This document shows positions 10,650 through 20,358 of a stretch of DNA of 64,000 nucleotides, piece after piece. The stretch is from an archaeon (GTDB lineage: Archaea > Nanobdellota > Nanobdellia > Parvarchaeales > Parvarchaeaceae): contig JBBIPE010000001.1 in NCBI GenBank assembly GCA_037443005.1, positions 1,634-65,633 on the forward strand, read 5' to 3'. The translations under genes and the position numbers were made by a program. Numbering within the stretch: position 1 is the stretch's first letter; each line of letters opens with the position of its first letter. Under the pieces are notes generated by a model, which did not search any database, was not told the DNA's origin, and saw only the letters and a list, made by a program, of their open reading frames with translations.

Positions 10650-10922
10650 ATGATAAACACTAAAACGAAGCCGATTCACTACCCAAGACTTGATACGGTA
10701 TTGATGGTAGAAGACGCGATAAGAACAGCGAAGGAGTATCCATCGAAAAGACAGCTATGGCTATCGCTGAAGAAAAAAGTTATGTATCAGACATTTAATA
10801 TAATAATAGAATATCTTGAAGAGGCTAACAAGATTATAATAGATAGAGACGGTACCATAGTTTGGATTTGGAATCCTAAATTAGTAAAAAGATACGATAA
10901 AAAAGAGCTGCTTATAAGATGA
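10650..10922 (+). CDS. Putative winged-helix antitoxin
   Basis: 90 aa PRLDTVLMVE...KKVMYQTF..I.EYL protein whose stop overlaps the ATG of a RelE-like gene. Confidence 0.6.
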   Translation: MINTKTKPIHYPRLDTVLMVEDAIRTAKEYPSKRQLWLSLKKKVMYQTFNIIIEYLEEANKIIIDRDGTIVWIWNPKLVKRYDKKELLIR

Positions 10923-11255
10923 AAACAAATAAAGAGATTAAACTTGTTTTTGCGGAAGAGTCGACTTGAAAAAGAACTTGAAAATGTTAAGAGTGAAAAT
11001 CCAAATTTGTATAAGTCTATAGGAAAGGCATTTTATGACATAAGAAAAAATCCAGAGTGCGGTATTCGCATACCAAACAGGCTTATACCAAAGATATATA
11101 TGGAAAAATATGGCATAGACAACTTAAGAAAATATAATCTTAGTGGCGCTTGGAGACTGCTGTATTCTATTGCCGCAAATGAAGTAGAAGTTCTAACAAT
11201 AGTACTTGAATGGCTACCACATAAAGAATATGAAAGAAGGTTCGGATATAGATAA
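10919..11255 (+). pseudogene. RelE/ParE-like toxin with a +1 frameshift near 10964
   Basis: Coupled ATG at 10919 reads MKTNKEIKLVFAEEST then TGA (10967-10969); the body LEKELENV...KYNLSGAWRLLYSI...HKEYERRFGY is in another frame. Confidence 0.65.
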
Positions 11256-11629
11256 AGGCAAAATTGTCTTAATTTGATTTCTATATTTCGTGCTTTCAGT
11301 AATCTTATATAATTTCTGGGTGTTGATAAATTCGCTTGTGATTCTAAGTTTGGCCCTAAAGAGCACCAAGCCGATTGTATCGTCGAAGACGCTGGATGCG
11401 ATTTTATACAGCGTGAAGCTATTGGGCGTTACTTGATTTTTCTTATAAAATTATCTAAGCGCCATAGCCGTAAGTAGAGCAATTTCTTCGTTTTCTCGTA
11501 GAAAAGGTTAATGCGGTCGATTATACTGTATAACATACGATACAGAAACCGTAAAAAGTTGAGGTTTAAGTGATAATATGTCACATGGCTTTATTTCAAC
11601 TTAGCACTTTTCGCTCTACTGGAAGATTA

Positions 11630-11701
11630 AGCCTAGGGCGAGAATCGGACTCGCGATCTTCTCCTTACCAAGGAGACGCTTTGCCACTGAGCCACCTAGG
11701 C
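11630..11701 (-). tRNA. tRNA-Thr(GGT)
   Basis: Reverse complement GCCTAGG..GCTCAGTGGCAAAGC G TCTCC TTGGTAA GGAGA AGATC GCGAG TCCGATT CTCGC CCTAGGC T; complete cloverleaf, no intron, no encoded CCA. Confidence 0.95.
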
Positions 11702-11821
11702 ATATAAATTAATTTTAAATTGCTCTTATATTTAACTTTGCTGATAAATATGGATGTTGGTTAAAGTTGTAAAAATACCCAAAATGAAAATATTTAAATA
11801 TGCTATATACTATAATAACGG

Positions 11822-12040
11822 ATGGGAAGAATAAGGGGAAAAGAGATAAGGAACGCTACTTTAGAGGTACTGAGAGACTACAAAAATCTTTTCACTGATG
11901 ATTTTGAAAGCAACAAACTTGCATTGAACAAAGTGGTTTCAGCACAGAAGAGAAGCAGGAACAAAGTTGCTGGTTTTATAACAAAGCTTGCTAAGAAGAA
12001 AGCCATAGAAGAGTTTATAATAGAACATTCATCAAAATAA
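11822..12040 (+). CDS. rps17e: 30S ribosomal protein S17e
   Basis: MGRIR...FTDDFESNK...KRSRNKVAGFIT. Confidence 0.92.
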   Translation: MGRIRGKEIRNATLEVLRDYKNLFTDDFESNKLALNKVVSAQKRSRNKVAGFITKLAKKKAIEEFIIEHSSK

Positions 12041-13795
12041 TTTGACTTTTTCTATAAATGATTTGCCCTGTGGCATTAATCTATCTATATAATCTGCGTT
12101 GACTTCAAAATTATATTTCTGTGAAAGTGATCTATTAATCTTTCTTATTATCTCATCTCTTCTTTTGCTTCCCGGCCTAAGGAAGAAAAAAGGTTTGTCA
12201 GGATCATAAGGCGTTACATTTATACGCACCGATTCCTCATCAAAGTCAAATGATATATACACGCCTAGCTGTGTATTCTTTATATAATCTCTTTTTCCAT
12301 CTATGTAGAATGCTCCTTTTTTGAGGGATTCTCCCGAAGGAGGGTTTTTAGTAACCTGTTCTGGCTTAATAAAGTAGACATCAAGATTTGCAGCACCTGT
12401 TCTCCATGCAGATGAGTATGAGGCTATCATAGAGGCCATCTCTTCAATCTCCTTTTTCTCTATCTCTTTATTGTTTGATTTTATCACTCCAAACGGACTG
12501 CCGAATATATCTGCATGGCCGACAATATCCCCTTTTTCAGTATGTTTTTGGATTAGCGCTTCATTCTGATTTAAGTCTTTACCGATTACTCCTAGTTTAC
12601 CCCTTGAAGTCTTGAAATATCTGAACTTAGAGTACCAGTCATTGCCTGTGATAACCTTTAACCTTCTTACAGTGTTTACTTTGTTTTTTATCTTTTCTAT
12701 GTCTATCTTTTTCAGTCTTTTTGCCTTATCATAAAGCCCAGAAAGTATATACCTCAGGTCTTTTGTGATATCAATCTGCAATTGCGGCATTTCTGTAGAT
12801 ATGATGTTTTTGCCGTTTATCTCAAAACCTGCCTCTTTGAGTTTAATTTTTCTTTCCTCTAGAGTTTTGGATGAATCCCTTATAAGAGTTATGGCGTTTT
12901 GAAGCTTTTCGTAATTATCGTTTATGTAATCTATAGTTTTCTGGTAATCCTCAAGCTTCTCCTTTGCCCTGCCAATCTCGGCTTTTATAGGGTTGTAACT
13001 GTTTTTGATTTCATCTCTTTTTTCAAATAACCTACTTACAGCTTCATTTATACTTCCAAAGTACTCTCTATCTCCGCTCAAATGCCTAAGCTCTATGACC
13101 GAAAAAATTCTTCCGTCGATTATGTTTGGTTTCTTTTCATCTAAAATCTCTGCAAACGCTTTTTTTAGTCTTGACACATCTTCTTCTGTTAAGTCAGCTA
13201 GTTTTTTCGATTTTTCTGTTTCAGATCTGAAACACACTTCCTCGGCATATTCTCCTCCTAAAGAAAAATCTATAGCAAGACATTTTACCGTGCTTTCCTT
13301 GTCCGAGGAATACAAAATATCAGAAAATGTATTTAGCATTTCTGAGAAGCTGTGTTTTCCTCCTGGAGGATAGATGTATTCGCTGCCGCTTTTTATTGTC
13401 CTGCTTTCAAAGCTTCTCTGAAAAAGGGCTCTTTCAATCTTACCAGCGGTTACAAGTATTACGTTTCCTCTTGAGAACATCTCTATTATGAGCGTATTTT
13501 TATCAGTTTTTATCTCAAGGATCCTATCTGAATTGTGCATTGAAAAAGCCATTTTTTTGCCTTTGAGTGCGTTTTTCAATGTAACAGTAAACCCAAAATC
13601 AATGGTTTCTTCTGGCTTTGAATCCACTATACAAAGATAGCTTCCCGGTACTATTTTTAACCAATATTCCTTTCCTCTATAAATGAGAAAATAGATCTCA
13701 TTCTTACCGCTTTTTATGTTTCTTATAAAGCCGTTGTTTATGTAGGAAATCTCATCAAGAAGATTCTTTATATCCAGTGAGACAAGGCTTTGCAT
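12032..13795 (-). CDS. rqcH: Rqc2/NEMF/FbpA-family ribosome quality-control protein
   Basis: DRIL, IEMFSRGNVIL, LGGEYAEEVC (HhH), WYSKFRYF, HADIFGSP, YSSAW, KGAFYIDG. Confidence 0.9.
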   Translation of the reverse strand: MQSLVSLDIKNLLDEISYINNGFIRNIKSGKNEIYFLIYRGKEYWLKIVPGSYLCIVDSKPEETIDFGFTVTLKNALKGKKMAFSMHNSDRILEIKTDKNTLIIEMFSRGNVILVTAGKIERALFQRSFESRTIKSGSEYIYPPGGKHSFSEMLNTFSDILYSSDKESTVKCLAIDFSLGGEYAEEVCFRSETEKSKKLADLTEEDVSRLKKAFAEILDEKKPNIIDGRIFSVIELRHLSGDREYFGSINEAVSRLFEKRDEIKNSYNPIKAEIGRAKEKLEDYQKTIDYINDNYEKLQNAITLIRDSSKTLEERKIKLKEAGFEINGKNIISTEMPQLQIDITKDLRYILSGLYDKAKRLKKIDIEKIKNKVNTVRRLKVITGNDWYSKFRYFKTSRGKLGVIGKDLNQNEALIQKHTEKGDIVGHADIFGSPFGVIKSNNKEIEKKEIEEMASMIASYSSAWRTGAANLDVYFIKPEQVTKNPPSGESLKKGAFYIDGKRDYIKNTQLGVYISFDFDEESVRINVTPYDPDKPFFFLRPGSKRRDEIIRKINRSLSQKYNFEVNADYIDRLMPQGKSFIEKVKLF

Positions 13796-13797
13796 GA

Positions 13798-14268
13798 TTA
13801 CTGGTTGAAATTTGACTGGATTGAGCTTTTTATGCTTTCAATGTCGCTTTCAAATGCTGTTTTTCTCTGTGTCAGGACTTCTTCATTCATCTTATCATAA
13901 AGCGGCCTTACGAGCTTTGATACACCCTTTGTCCATTTGTTCAAATAGTCAACAAGTATATCCGCTACAAGCTGTACCTGAACCGTTCCAGTTTTGGCTT
14001 TTACCTGCTTGCCGTCTTTCGTTGCCATGATTTCCTGTATATTCCTGTAATCCAGGTTGACTGTTATCCTGTATGCCATGTAGTCATCTATAACCTTCAT
14101 AGCTATCCATTTTATAACATAATTTGCACCAGAAAACTGAACATAATTTGTTTCCTTTACAGAGTATCCTGCCGAAATAAACAGATCTTTAAGAAAATTA
14201 TAGAACTTCTGATCGTCAAGTATGCCCTCATACTGGACAGTAGTGTTTCCCATCGGTATTATTTCCAT
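13798..14268 (-). CDS. Hypothetical protein
   Basis: 156-aa ORF tightly packed upstream of rqcH. Confidence 0.7.
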   Translation of the reverse strand: MEIIPMGNTTVQYEGILDDQKFYNFLKDLFISAGYSVKETNYVQFSGANYVIKWIAMKVIDDYMAYRITVNLDYRNIQEIMATKDGKQVKAKTGTVQVQLVADILVDYLNKWTKGVSKLVRPLYDKMNEEVLTQRKTAFESDIESIKSSIQSNFNQ

Positions 14269-14306
14269 ATCTTTTTTAGATTATTGCTAAATTTAACTCT
14301 TTCCAG

Positions 14307-15350
14307 TTAAGCTCCCCAGAAAACAAATAAACCTATAATGGCTATAAAAATCTCGATTAATGTTAGGAAAAATGAAATCTGCCATTCTTTGTATTTTCCG
14401 GTTCTCAGGAAAATATGTGTGAGAGAGTATATATTTCTACCATAAGATGACTTCAACCTGCCATCCTTCTGTATTAATCCCCAGGAACTTGCATGGAACC
14501 TCTTTCTTGCTTTAAGGAAAAATTCTATAATCCAAGGTATCAAAAGAACTAGGGCGAATACTTGCATGTTACCTATTATTGCAACTGCTGCTACAGCTCC
14601 TCCAATAAGGTATGTAAGGCTGTCTCCAGGTATTATTTTTGCAGGGTATTTACCGTAATACATGTACCCTGCAAGCACTGCGAACATGATGACAGAAAGA
14701 GCAAATCCATTGTAGTTTTGTGTATGGTAAGCCATTATTGAGAAGGCAGCGAAAACCACTAAACCCATTTGAACAGCAATGCCATTCAACCCTTCAAGCA
14801 TGTTGTATGCATTTGAAGCAAATACAACTGCGATAGGTATTAAAAATACTATATATATAGTAGGATTTATTGTGAAGTTTCCTATAAATGGAATATAAAC
14901 CGTGCTTCCTAAGAAAAATACCATAAGTGGTATTGCGCCTATTAGTGTAAGTATTGGCTTCTGCCATTGTCTTATCCCTCCATTAAATAAAGAGTAATTT
15001 TTTGCCATTCTTTTTATATCGGCCATTGAAGTCCTTATTTTTCCGCCGGATATATCATCCACAAACCCTATAAGGGAAATTATTATTATTGAGGATAGAC
15101 CAAGCAGAAGAATTTCCGGGTTAAAATCTGCTTTTATTATATAATTAAAGGCAGCAATCAACGACATTATGCCGCCAAATAATCCTATAATCAAAAGAAA
15201 TCCTCCGCTTGCCGGTAAAATAGGCCGTTTAATCTTGTTTATATCCTGTGCTACAAGGCCTGCCCTTACAAGCAATGGGATTATGAATCTTCCGCTTATC
15301 AAAGTCGCTGCAAATGCTATTACTGCAGAGAGCAATATTTCTAATAACAT
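14307..15350 (-). CDS. Polyprenyl-phosphate GlcNAc-1-phosphate transferase (GPT/AglH, MraY-like family)
   Basis: Multi-TM protein with GFVDD, SNAYNMLEGLNG and PAKIIPGDS motifs. Confidence 0.9.
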   Translation of the reverse strand: MLLEILLSAVIAFAATLISGRFIIPLLVRAGLVAQDINKIKRPILPASGGFLLIIGLFGGIMSLIAAFNYIIKADFNPEILLLGLSSIIIISLIGFVDDISGGKIRTSMADIKRMAKNYSLFNGGIRQWQKPILTLIGAIPLMVFFLGSTVYIPFIGNFTINPTIYIVFLIPIAVVFASNAYNMLEGLNGIAVQMGLVVFAAFSIMAYHTQNYNGFALSVIMFAVLAGYMYYGKYPAKIIPGDSLTYLIGGAVAAVAIIGNMQVFALVLLIPWIIEFFLKARKRFHASSWGLIQKDGRLKSSYGRNIYSLTHIFLRTGKYKEWQISFFLTLIEIFIAIIGLFVFWGA

Positions 15351-15421
15351 TTAAATGCTTGCGTTTCAATCTATTTAAGTTTTATATTTGCGCCGTATAT
15401 AACTTGTATTGTGCCTGTTAA

Positions 15422-15494
15422 AGCCCTGTAGTGTAGCGGCCAAGCACGAGGGCCTTTGGAGCCCTAGACACCGGTTCAAATCCGGTCAGGGCTA
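15422..15494 (+). tRNA. tRNA-Gln(TTG)
   Basis: AGCCCTG..GTGTAGCGGCCAAGCAC G AGGGC CTTTGGA GCCCT AGAC ACCGG TTCAAAT CCGGT CAGGGCT A. Confidence 0.95.
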
Positions 15495-15722
15495 TATTAT
15501 AAATGGGATAATGATATCTTCCAGAAATTGGACTAATTTATTAGTCTAAATCCTAACGGGTCTAGTTTTTAGTAAGTATAATAGGATTTTCAGGAAATTA
15601 TACTAACTAACTCTTTAACTTTTTTAACGGCAGGCGTCTTCCCGGCGTCAAAACATTTAAATAAAAAAAAACATAGAATGTGCATGGGAAGACGTCCTAA
15701 GCATGCCATCATGCGCAATCAG

Positions 15723-16868
15723 ATGACTGGTATAAGGAAGTCTCAGTCTGCTTTAGAGTATATGATGACCTATGGCTGGGCTATACTAATAATAGTCATC
15801 GTAGCCGTTATTCTTTACTCTTTTGGGATATTCAATCCCTCATCAAGTATCTCTACAACGATAACAGGATTCTCTGGTTTGGGCAGCGTGACAGCACAGT
15901 GTATGATGAACAGCGGATTGAGAATTGAACTTGGAGATAATCTAGGCTATACAATTAATATAACGGAGATAAATATTACATCCAATGGAGCCATTCAAAT
16001 AATTCATCCAAATAAGATTATTACTCCCCAAGGAACATACATCTTTTATATTCCAAATGTATGTACTGGGGGCGCAGGTTCAAGATTTTCTATTAAATCT
16101 ACAGTATACTACACAGAGCCTACGCAGGTATTAGAAGGGCCTTATACTTCTACAGGGACGATAACCGGAACGGTCTCATCTAATATTATTCCTTATCAGG
16201 GAGTTTCTTCCATTAATTACAGCTCTTATGTATCTTTTTCAAATATTCCAATAAATGCAAATCAGACCTCCTTTACAGTCCTTTTGTGGATTAAAGCGAA
16301 TACCAACAGCGATGGTAATGACTTTGCTTGGGGCACAACTGGTTGTACTGATGGGGTCTATATGGCTGGCGGTACAAATTCCATAGGCTTTGTGGGTCTT
16401 GGCTGGACGCTGACAAATGTAAGCGGTAGTTTTGCATGTCAAAATGTTGTTGGATCAGCTTTCTCACAACAAAGCCACGATCAATACACGTGGGCTTTTT
16501 ATACGATAGATTATAACGCTCCTTCTAAGACATTTAATTTTTATGTGGATGCACAAAATATTGGAACTCAAGTCTTGACAAGCACACAGTTTCCCGAGAA
16601 TGATTTTAGTTTTAGTGAGTTATTCTGGACTGAAGGGGGCTGTACATCACCAGGCTGTTGGTTTAACGGGCAAATATCCGACTTTCAAATTTATAACACT
16701 TCGCTTTCACAGACACAGATAAATGAGATATACCTAAGCCCAACTTTCTCTCCGCTGCCTTCAAACAACCTAGTAGCTTATTACCCATTAAATGGAACGG
16801 CTAAGGATTTTAGTGGACATAACTTAAACGGTAATCCACATGATGTAAATTTTGGAGTTATTAGCTGA
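15723..16868 (+). CDS. Class III signal peptide (pilin-like) surface protein with C-terminal LamG/concanavalin-like domain
   Basis: RKSQ-SALEYMMTYGWAILII prepilin motif; SFTVLLWIK...FNGQISDFQIYNTSLS...LVAYYPLNG LamG-like end. Confidence 0.85.
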   Translation: MTGIRKSQSALEYMMTYGWAILIIVIVAVILYSFGIFNPSSSISTTITGFSGLGSVTAQCMMNSGLRIELGDNLGYTINITEINITSNGAIQIIHPNKIITPQGTYIFYIPNVCTGGAGSRFSIKSTVYYTEPTQVLEGPYTSTGTITGTVSSNIIPYQGVSSINYSSYVSFSNIPINANQTSFTVLLWIKANTNSDGNDFAWGTTGCTDGVYMAGGTNSIGFVGLGWTLTNVSGSFACQNVVGSAFSQQSHDQYTWAFYTIDYNAPSKTFNFYVDAQNIGTQVLTSTQFPENDFSFSELFWTEGGCTSPGCWFNGQISDFQIYNTSLSQTQINEIYLSPTFSPLPSNNLVAYYPLNGTAKDFSGHNLNGNPHDVNFGVIS

Positions 16869-16915
16869 TTATTTTATACCATAAATTTGAAATTTTCTCT
16901 AATCTGTCGTCTGAC

Positions 16916-17281
16916 TTAATTGCGTTTTTTTGCTATTCTTCTCAGATATACCCAGTCAAAGAAGTTTCTTATCTTCCTGATAATATAATCTATCCCTAGT
17001 ATATACAAGACGAACAGCGCTATAGATGCTATCAATGGGATATAAATCCAAGGTATAAACAAAGCGCCGTAGTAAAATATCGCAGATGTAATTGCGGTCA
17101 ATGCCAGACCTATCTCGACCCGCTAACTTGTGAAAGGGGTATATGATGTCTCATTCTTAAACGGACTCCTGCCTACCCAGATCCCAAAGAAAAGCCTAAT
17201 CCCTGCCTAAGCTGTGGCCCAAGCATGCGGGGGTAATGCGGGAGTCATTTGGGAGTAGAGTGGGAGTAATCTGGGAATCAT
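16916..17281 (-). pseudogene. Small membrane-protein gene, possibly interrupted by two in-frame TAG codons
   Basis: The 16916-17101 ORF frame extends to ATG at 17281 through two TAG stops; hydrophobic C-terminal half. Confidence 0.35.
17227..17281. repeat. Five degenerate 11-bp tandem repeats, consensus nnGGGAGTnAT
   Basis: gcgggggtaat gcgggagtcat ttgggagtaga gtgggagtaat ctgggaatcat. Confidence 0.75.
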
Positions 17282-17409
17282 CTACCACAGAATGATTATG
17301 ATACTATTAAGACGCTAAAAAAGATTAAAATGTTAAAATAAATTGACTACTTTAGCCTTTTCTATGTTGTAGTACTCAAGCGGTTACAAGTTATATATTT
17401 TATACCGAA

Positions 17410-17446
17410 GTTATATTTATATATAACATCAGTATATAACACTGAT
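17410..17446. promoter_or_regulatory. Two inverted repeats directly upstream of the AbiE operon (candidate autorepression operator)
   Basis: GTTATAT-TTAT-ATATAAC (17410-17427) and ATCAGT-ATATAAC-ACTGAT (17428-17446), abutting the ATG at 17447. Confidence 0.5.
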
Positions 17447-18097
17447 ATGACAGCTTTGCCGATAACTAACAGGCTAAGGATAGCCAGACACAGAAAGGTG
17501 GCGGTAGCACAGGATATTCTTGTTGTATCGCTGTATGCACATTTTCCAAATGCGGTTATACACGGTGGCACTGCCCTTTGGAGATGCTACGGTGGAAATA
17601 GGTTCTCGGAGGACATTGATGTTTATCTGGATCCAGATGATAAGAACGCCAATTTTGGTGTGTTTGTTCATGAACTTGAAACACGTGGATTAGAAAAAAT
17701 AAAATTCAAAAAATCAAAGACTTCCATCTTCTCAGCCTTCGCATATGATAGAGAGCATGTTGCTTTCGAGGCCGTATTCAAGCATGTAGTGGGAACGCCT
17801 GTGAAATATGAGATGAGCGATGGGACGTTTATCTTTGTACGCACGCTTACTCCAAAAGAGCTCATGCTTGAAAAGATTGTCACTTATCTTGACAGAAAGA
17901 AAATCAGGGACCTTTATGATATGTATTTTCTATCTAGTATAGCGGATGCGGACGAATCTCTGCGGAGACATATAAATCCACTCACCTCAAGATTTATCAT
18001 GCCAGTCGATACTGATACATTGTCTTCATTAGTACTTACTGGTGCTGTGCCGACCGTGGATGAGATGGTAGGAAGATTGAAATTATGGGCAAAATAG
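17447..18097 (+). CDS. AbiEii-family nucleotidyltransferase toxin (type IV TA)
   Basis: HGGTALWRCYGGNRFSEDID and EK...RKKIRDLYD motifs. Confidence 0.9.
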   Translation: MTALPITNRLRIARHRKVAVAQDILVVSLYAHFPNAVIHGGTALWRCYGGNRFSEDIDVYLDPDDKNANFGVFVHELETRGLEKIKFKKSKTSIFSAFAYDREHVAFEAVFKHVVGTPVKYEMSDGTFIFVRTLTPKELMLEKIVTYLDRKKIRDLYDMYFLSSIADADESLRRHINPLTSRFIMPVDTDTLSSLVLTGAVPTVDEMVGRLKLWAK

Positions 18098-18660
18098 TAC
18101 ATATCAAAGAACTAAGAGAATTTTTTTCTAGTACGCCGGTTTTTAGCACCAGGGACGTGGAAACTGTCGCAGGCAGTGGCTATAGCAGACTTATGCTTCA
18201 TAATCTCACGAAAAGAGGCGAAATAAAGAGATTAGTGCGAGGTTATTACACCAAACTGGATGACCCGATGATTTCAGTATTCTGTTTCAGACCTGCTTAC
18301 TTGGGTCTTTATACCGCCCTCAGTTTACACAACTTATGGGAGCAGGAAACTAATGTTAATATAATCACATCCAGGAATGTTCGTATTGGTATGAGAAAAA
18401 TACTGGAAAGCAATGTGAATATACGCAGGATTAACAGCAGATACATGTTTGGCTTCGATTTAATCAAGTATGAAAATATATACTTGCCTGTTTCTGATGT
18501 GGAAAAAACTATATTGGATTTCAAGTATTTTGGTCTTAAACTAGACAGAGATATACTGAAGAATGCGGCAGAAAGGATAGATAAAAAGAAACTGGCAGCC
18601 TATTCTGCTAAATTTGATAAGGATACTGCAGAAACTGTTTTTACTTCATTAAAAGCTTAG
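18085..18660 (+). CDS. AbiEi-family antitoxin / transcriptional regulator
   Basis: LTKRGEIKRLVRGYY wHTH, AYLGLYTALSLHNL, VSDVEKTILD. Confidence 0.88.
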   Translation: MGKIVHIKELREFFSSTPVFSTRDVETVAGSGYSRLMLHNLTKRGEIKRLVRGYYTKLDDPMISVFCFRPAYLGLYTALSLHNLWEQETNVNIITSRNVRIGMRKILESNVNIRRINSRYMFGFDLIKYENIYLPVSDVEKTILDFKYFGLKLDRDILKNAAERIDKKKLAAYSAKFDKDTAETVFTSLKA

Positions 18661-18731
18661 ACAGAACATATAATACGTATTTATACTTCAAGAATAAGAC
18701 AACTATTCTTTCATATTAAATCAATGATAAT

Positions 18732-19285
18732 CTAAAGACTATGGAAGAATAGTATCAACGGACTTATTGCAAATGCTATATTTAGTACGACCCATACTAG
18801 CTGCAATTTTATGCGATAAAAAAAGAACGCTGTCGCCGAGTATATGACTATAGCTATAGCTCCAAAACCCAATGCCGCACCGGTAATCAATGGATTTGAG
18901 CCAGTATTGAACGAAAGTCCTATGCTAATAGGATGAAACCGAAACTACCTATGGTGCCGATTGGCTCCTTTTTATAGTGCTCTATCGAAAACAGATAAAT
19001 TACCATCAATACAGCGATAAACAGCATTATTATGAGTGCGTAGACTGGTTGCAGCTGTAAAAATCCAACTGCCGCGCCGGCTACCACTACAAATTGAAGG
19101 GCCATTAAAACCTTTTGGATGCTTATCACAGCAACTAGGAAAAGCACGAAAGCTCCCAGGAGTATACTAGATTTCTGTAGGATTGAGCCGAAACTAATGA
19201 ATGAGATAGCGTATACCAGCAACAACATTGCAGCTACCGCGGTGTATAGAAGTGCACTGCTTTCTTTCTTCGACCGTTTGACCAT
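18732..19285 (-). pseudogene. Multi-TM membrane protein with a one-base frameshift near 18922
   Basis: ORF ends FILLA-TAG, but the adjacent frame continues IGLSFNTGSNPLITGAALGFGAIAIVIYSATAFFFYRIKLQLVWVVLNIAFAISPLILFFHSL to TAG at 18732. Confidence 0.7.
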
Positions 19286-19401
19286 TGTAAAACTAATATA
19301 CTATACTATTTAAAGAAATTATCCCAAATCGGGGTTACAGACTGCTGCCTTTTCAAGGCGCATGAATTTATCGTTTAGTTGTCATTCAAATTCTTATTGC
19401 T

Positions 19402-19800
19402 CTAGCTTATCTTCTTGAGCATTTCATCAATGTTAGAATTATTTCTATGGTCACCGTGGAACCATAGATCTAAACCGTCATTTTCATGTCTCGGAATTAT
19501 GTGGAGATGAAAATGAAAGACGCTCTGTTGCGCACTTCTGCCGGAAGCATTTAGCAGGTTTACAGCATCAATTCCCAGTGAATTATTGTATATCTTTGTT
19601 ATTTTCTTGGTTACAGCAGCTATCCTTTCGATGGTTTTTGTGTCTATACCGAAAATGTCTTCATAATGCTTTTTTGGTATAACTAATGTATGCCCATCGC
19701 TGACCGGATTCGCATCAAGAAAAGCAATAACAGCGTCATCTTCATATATAATCTTAGCTTCTGCGTTGTGGCTGGCTATCATGCAAAAAATGCATTCCAT
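19402..19800 (-). CDS. HIT-family nucleotide hydrolase
   Basis: MECIFC, GHTLVIPKKH, FHFHLHIIPR. Confidence 0.93.
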   Translation of the reverse strand: MECIFCMIASHNAEAKIIYEDDAVIAFLDANPVSDGHTLVIPKKHYEDIFGIDTKTIERIAAVTKKITKIYNNSLGIDAVNLLNASGRSAQQSVFHFHLHIIPRHENDGLDLWFHGDHRNNSNIDEMLKKIS

Positions 19801-19893
19801 AATATAAGTGTATGCTAACAATATTTAAAATAATGCCATCTTTTAGTTAACATCATCCAGATATATATAAATGATTATCTCTTTCTATAATTA

Positions 19894-20358
19894 ATGAAAG
19901 GGGAAAATGTTATAGGTTATATAGATAATCTGACTTCTTTCGGTATAATAGCACCGAAAAGAAAAAGCATCGTTTTTACTGACAAAAGGACATTTATACT
20001 TGATGCGAGCAGTATGTCGTCAACTGCGGTGTCTGTCGGGTTTTCTTATGTTTTCGGAGCTTTCGGGAGAAAAGCGGCGAATAAAATCTCAAAGGAGGAC
20101 ATTGAAGAGACAACAAAGAAGTTAGCAGAATCTGATCTTGATTCTTTAATAGCCCAAAAACCTGATAATGTGGTTCTGGGTAATGCCAGCGTAGAATCCG
20201 TAATAATAGACAGAAAACAGATAGTTCTGAAATCTGGTGGGAAGTCCTTCAAATATAAGCTGGCGAATCCAGAGGTCAAGAAAAAGAAGCTTGATACCTA
20301 CCAGAGGTACGTGGGTATATTGACAACGGCATTCGGAAATAAAGTCAAAGCAAAATGA
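19894..20358 (+). CDS. Hypothetical protein (possible PH-like fold)
   Basis: 154-aa ORF; IVFTDKR motif. Confidence 0.65.
   Translation: MKGENVIGYIDNLTSFGIIAPKRKSIVFTDKRTFILDASSMSSTAVSVGFSYVFGAFGRKAANKISKEDIEETTKKLAESDLDSLIAQKPDNVVLGNASVESVIIDRKQIVLKSGGKSFKYKLANPEVKKKKLDTYQRYVGILTTAFGNKVKAK

Noticed and set aside
11256..11629. Possible ncRNA or integrase remnant next to tRNA-Thr
   Set aside because: No convincing stem-loops, ORF or duplicated tRNA end could be identified by eye
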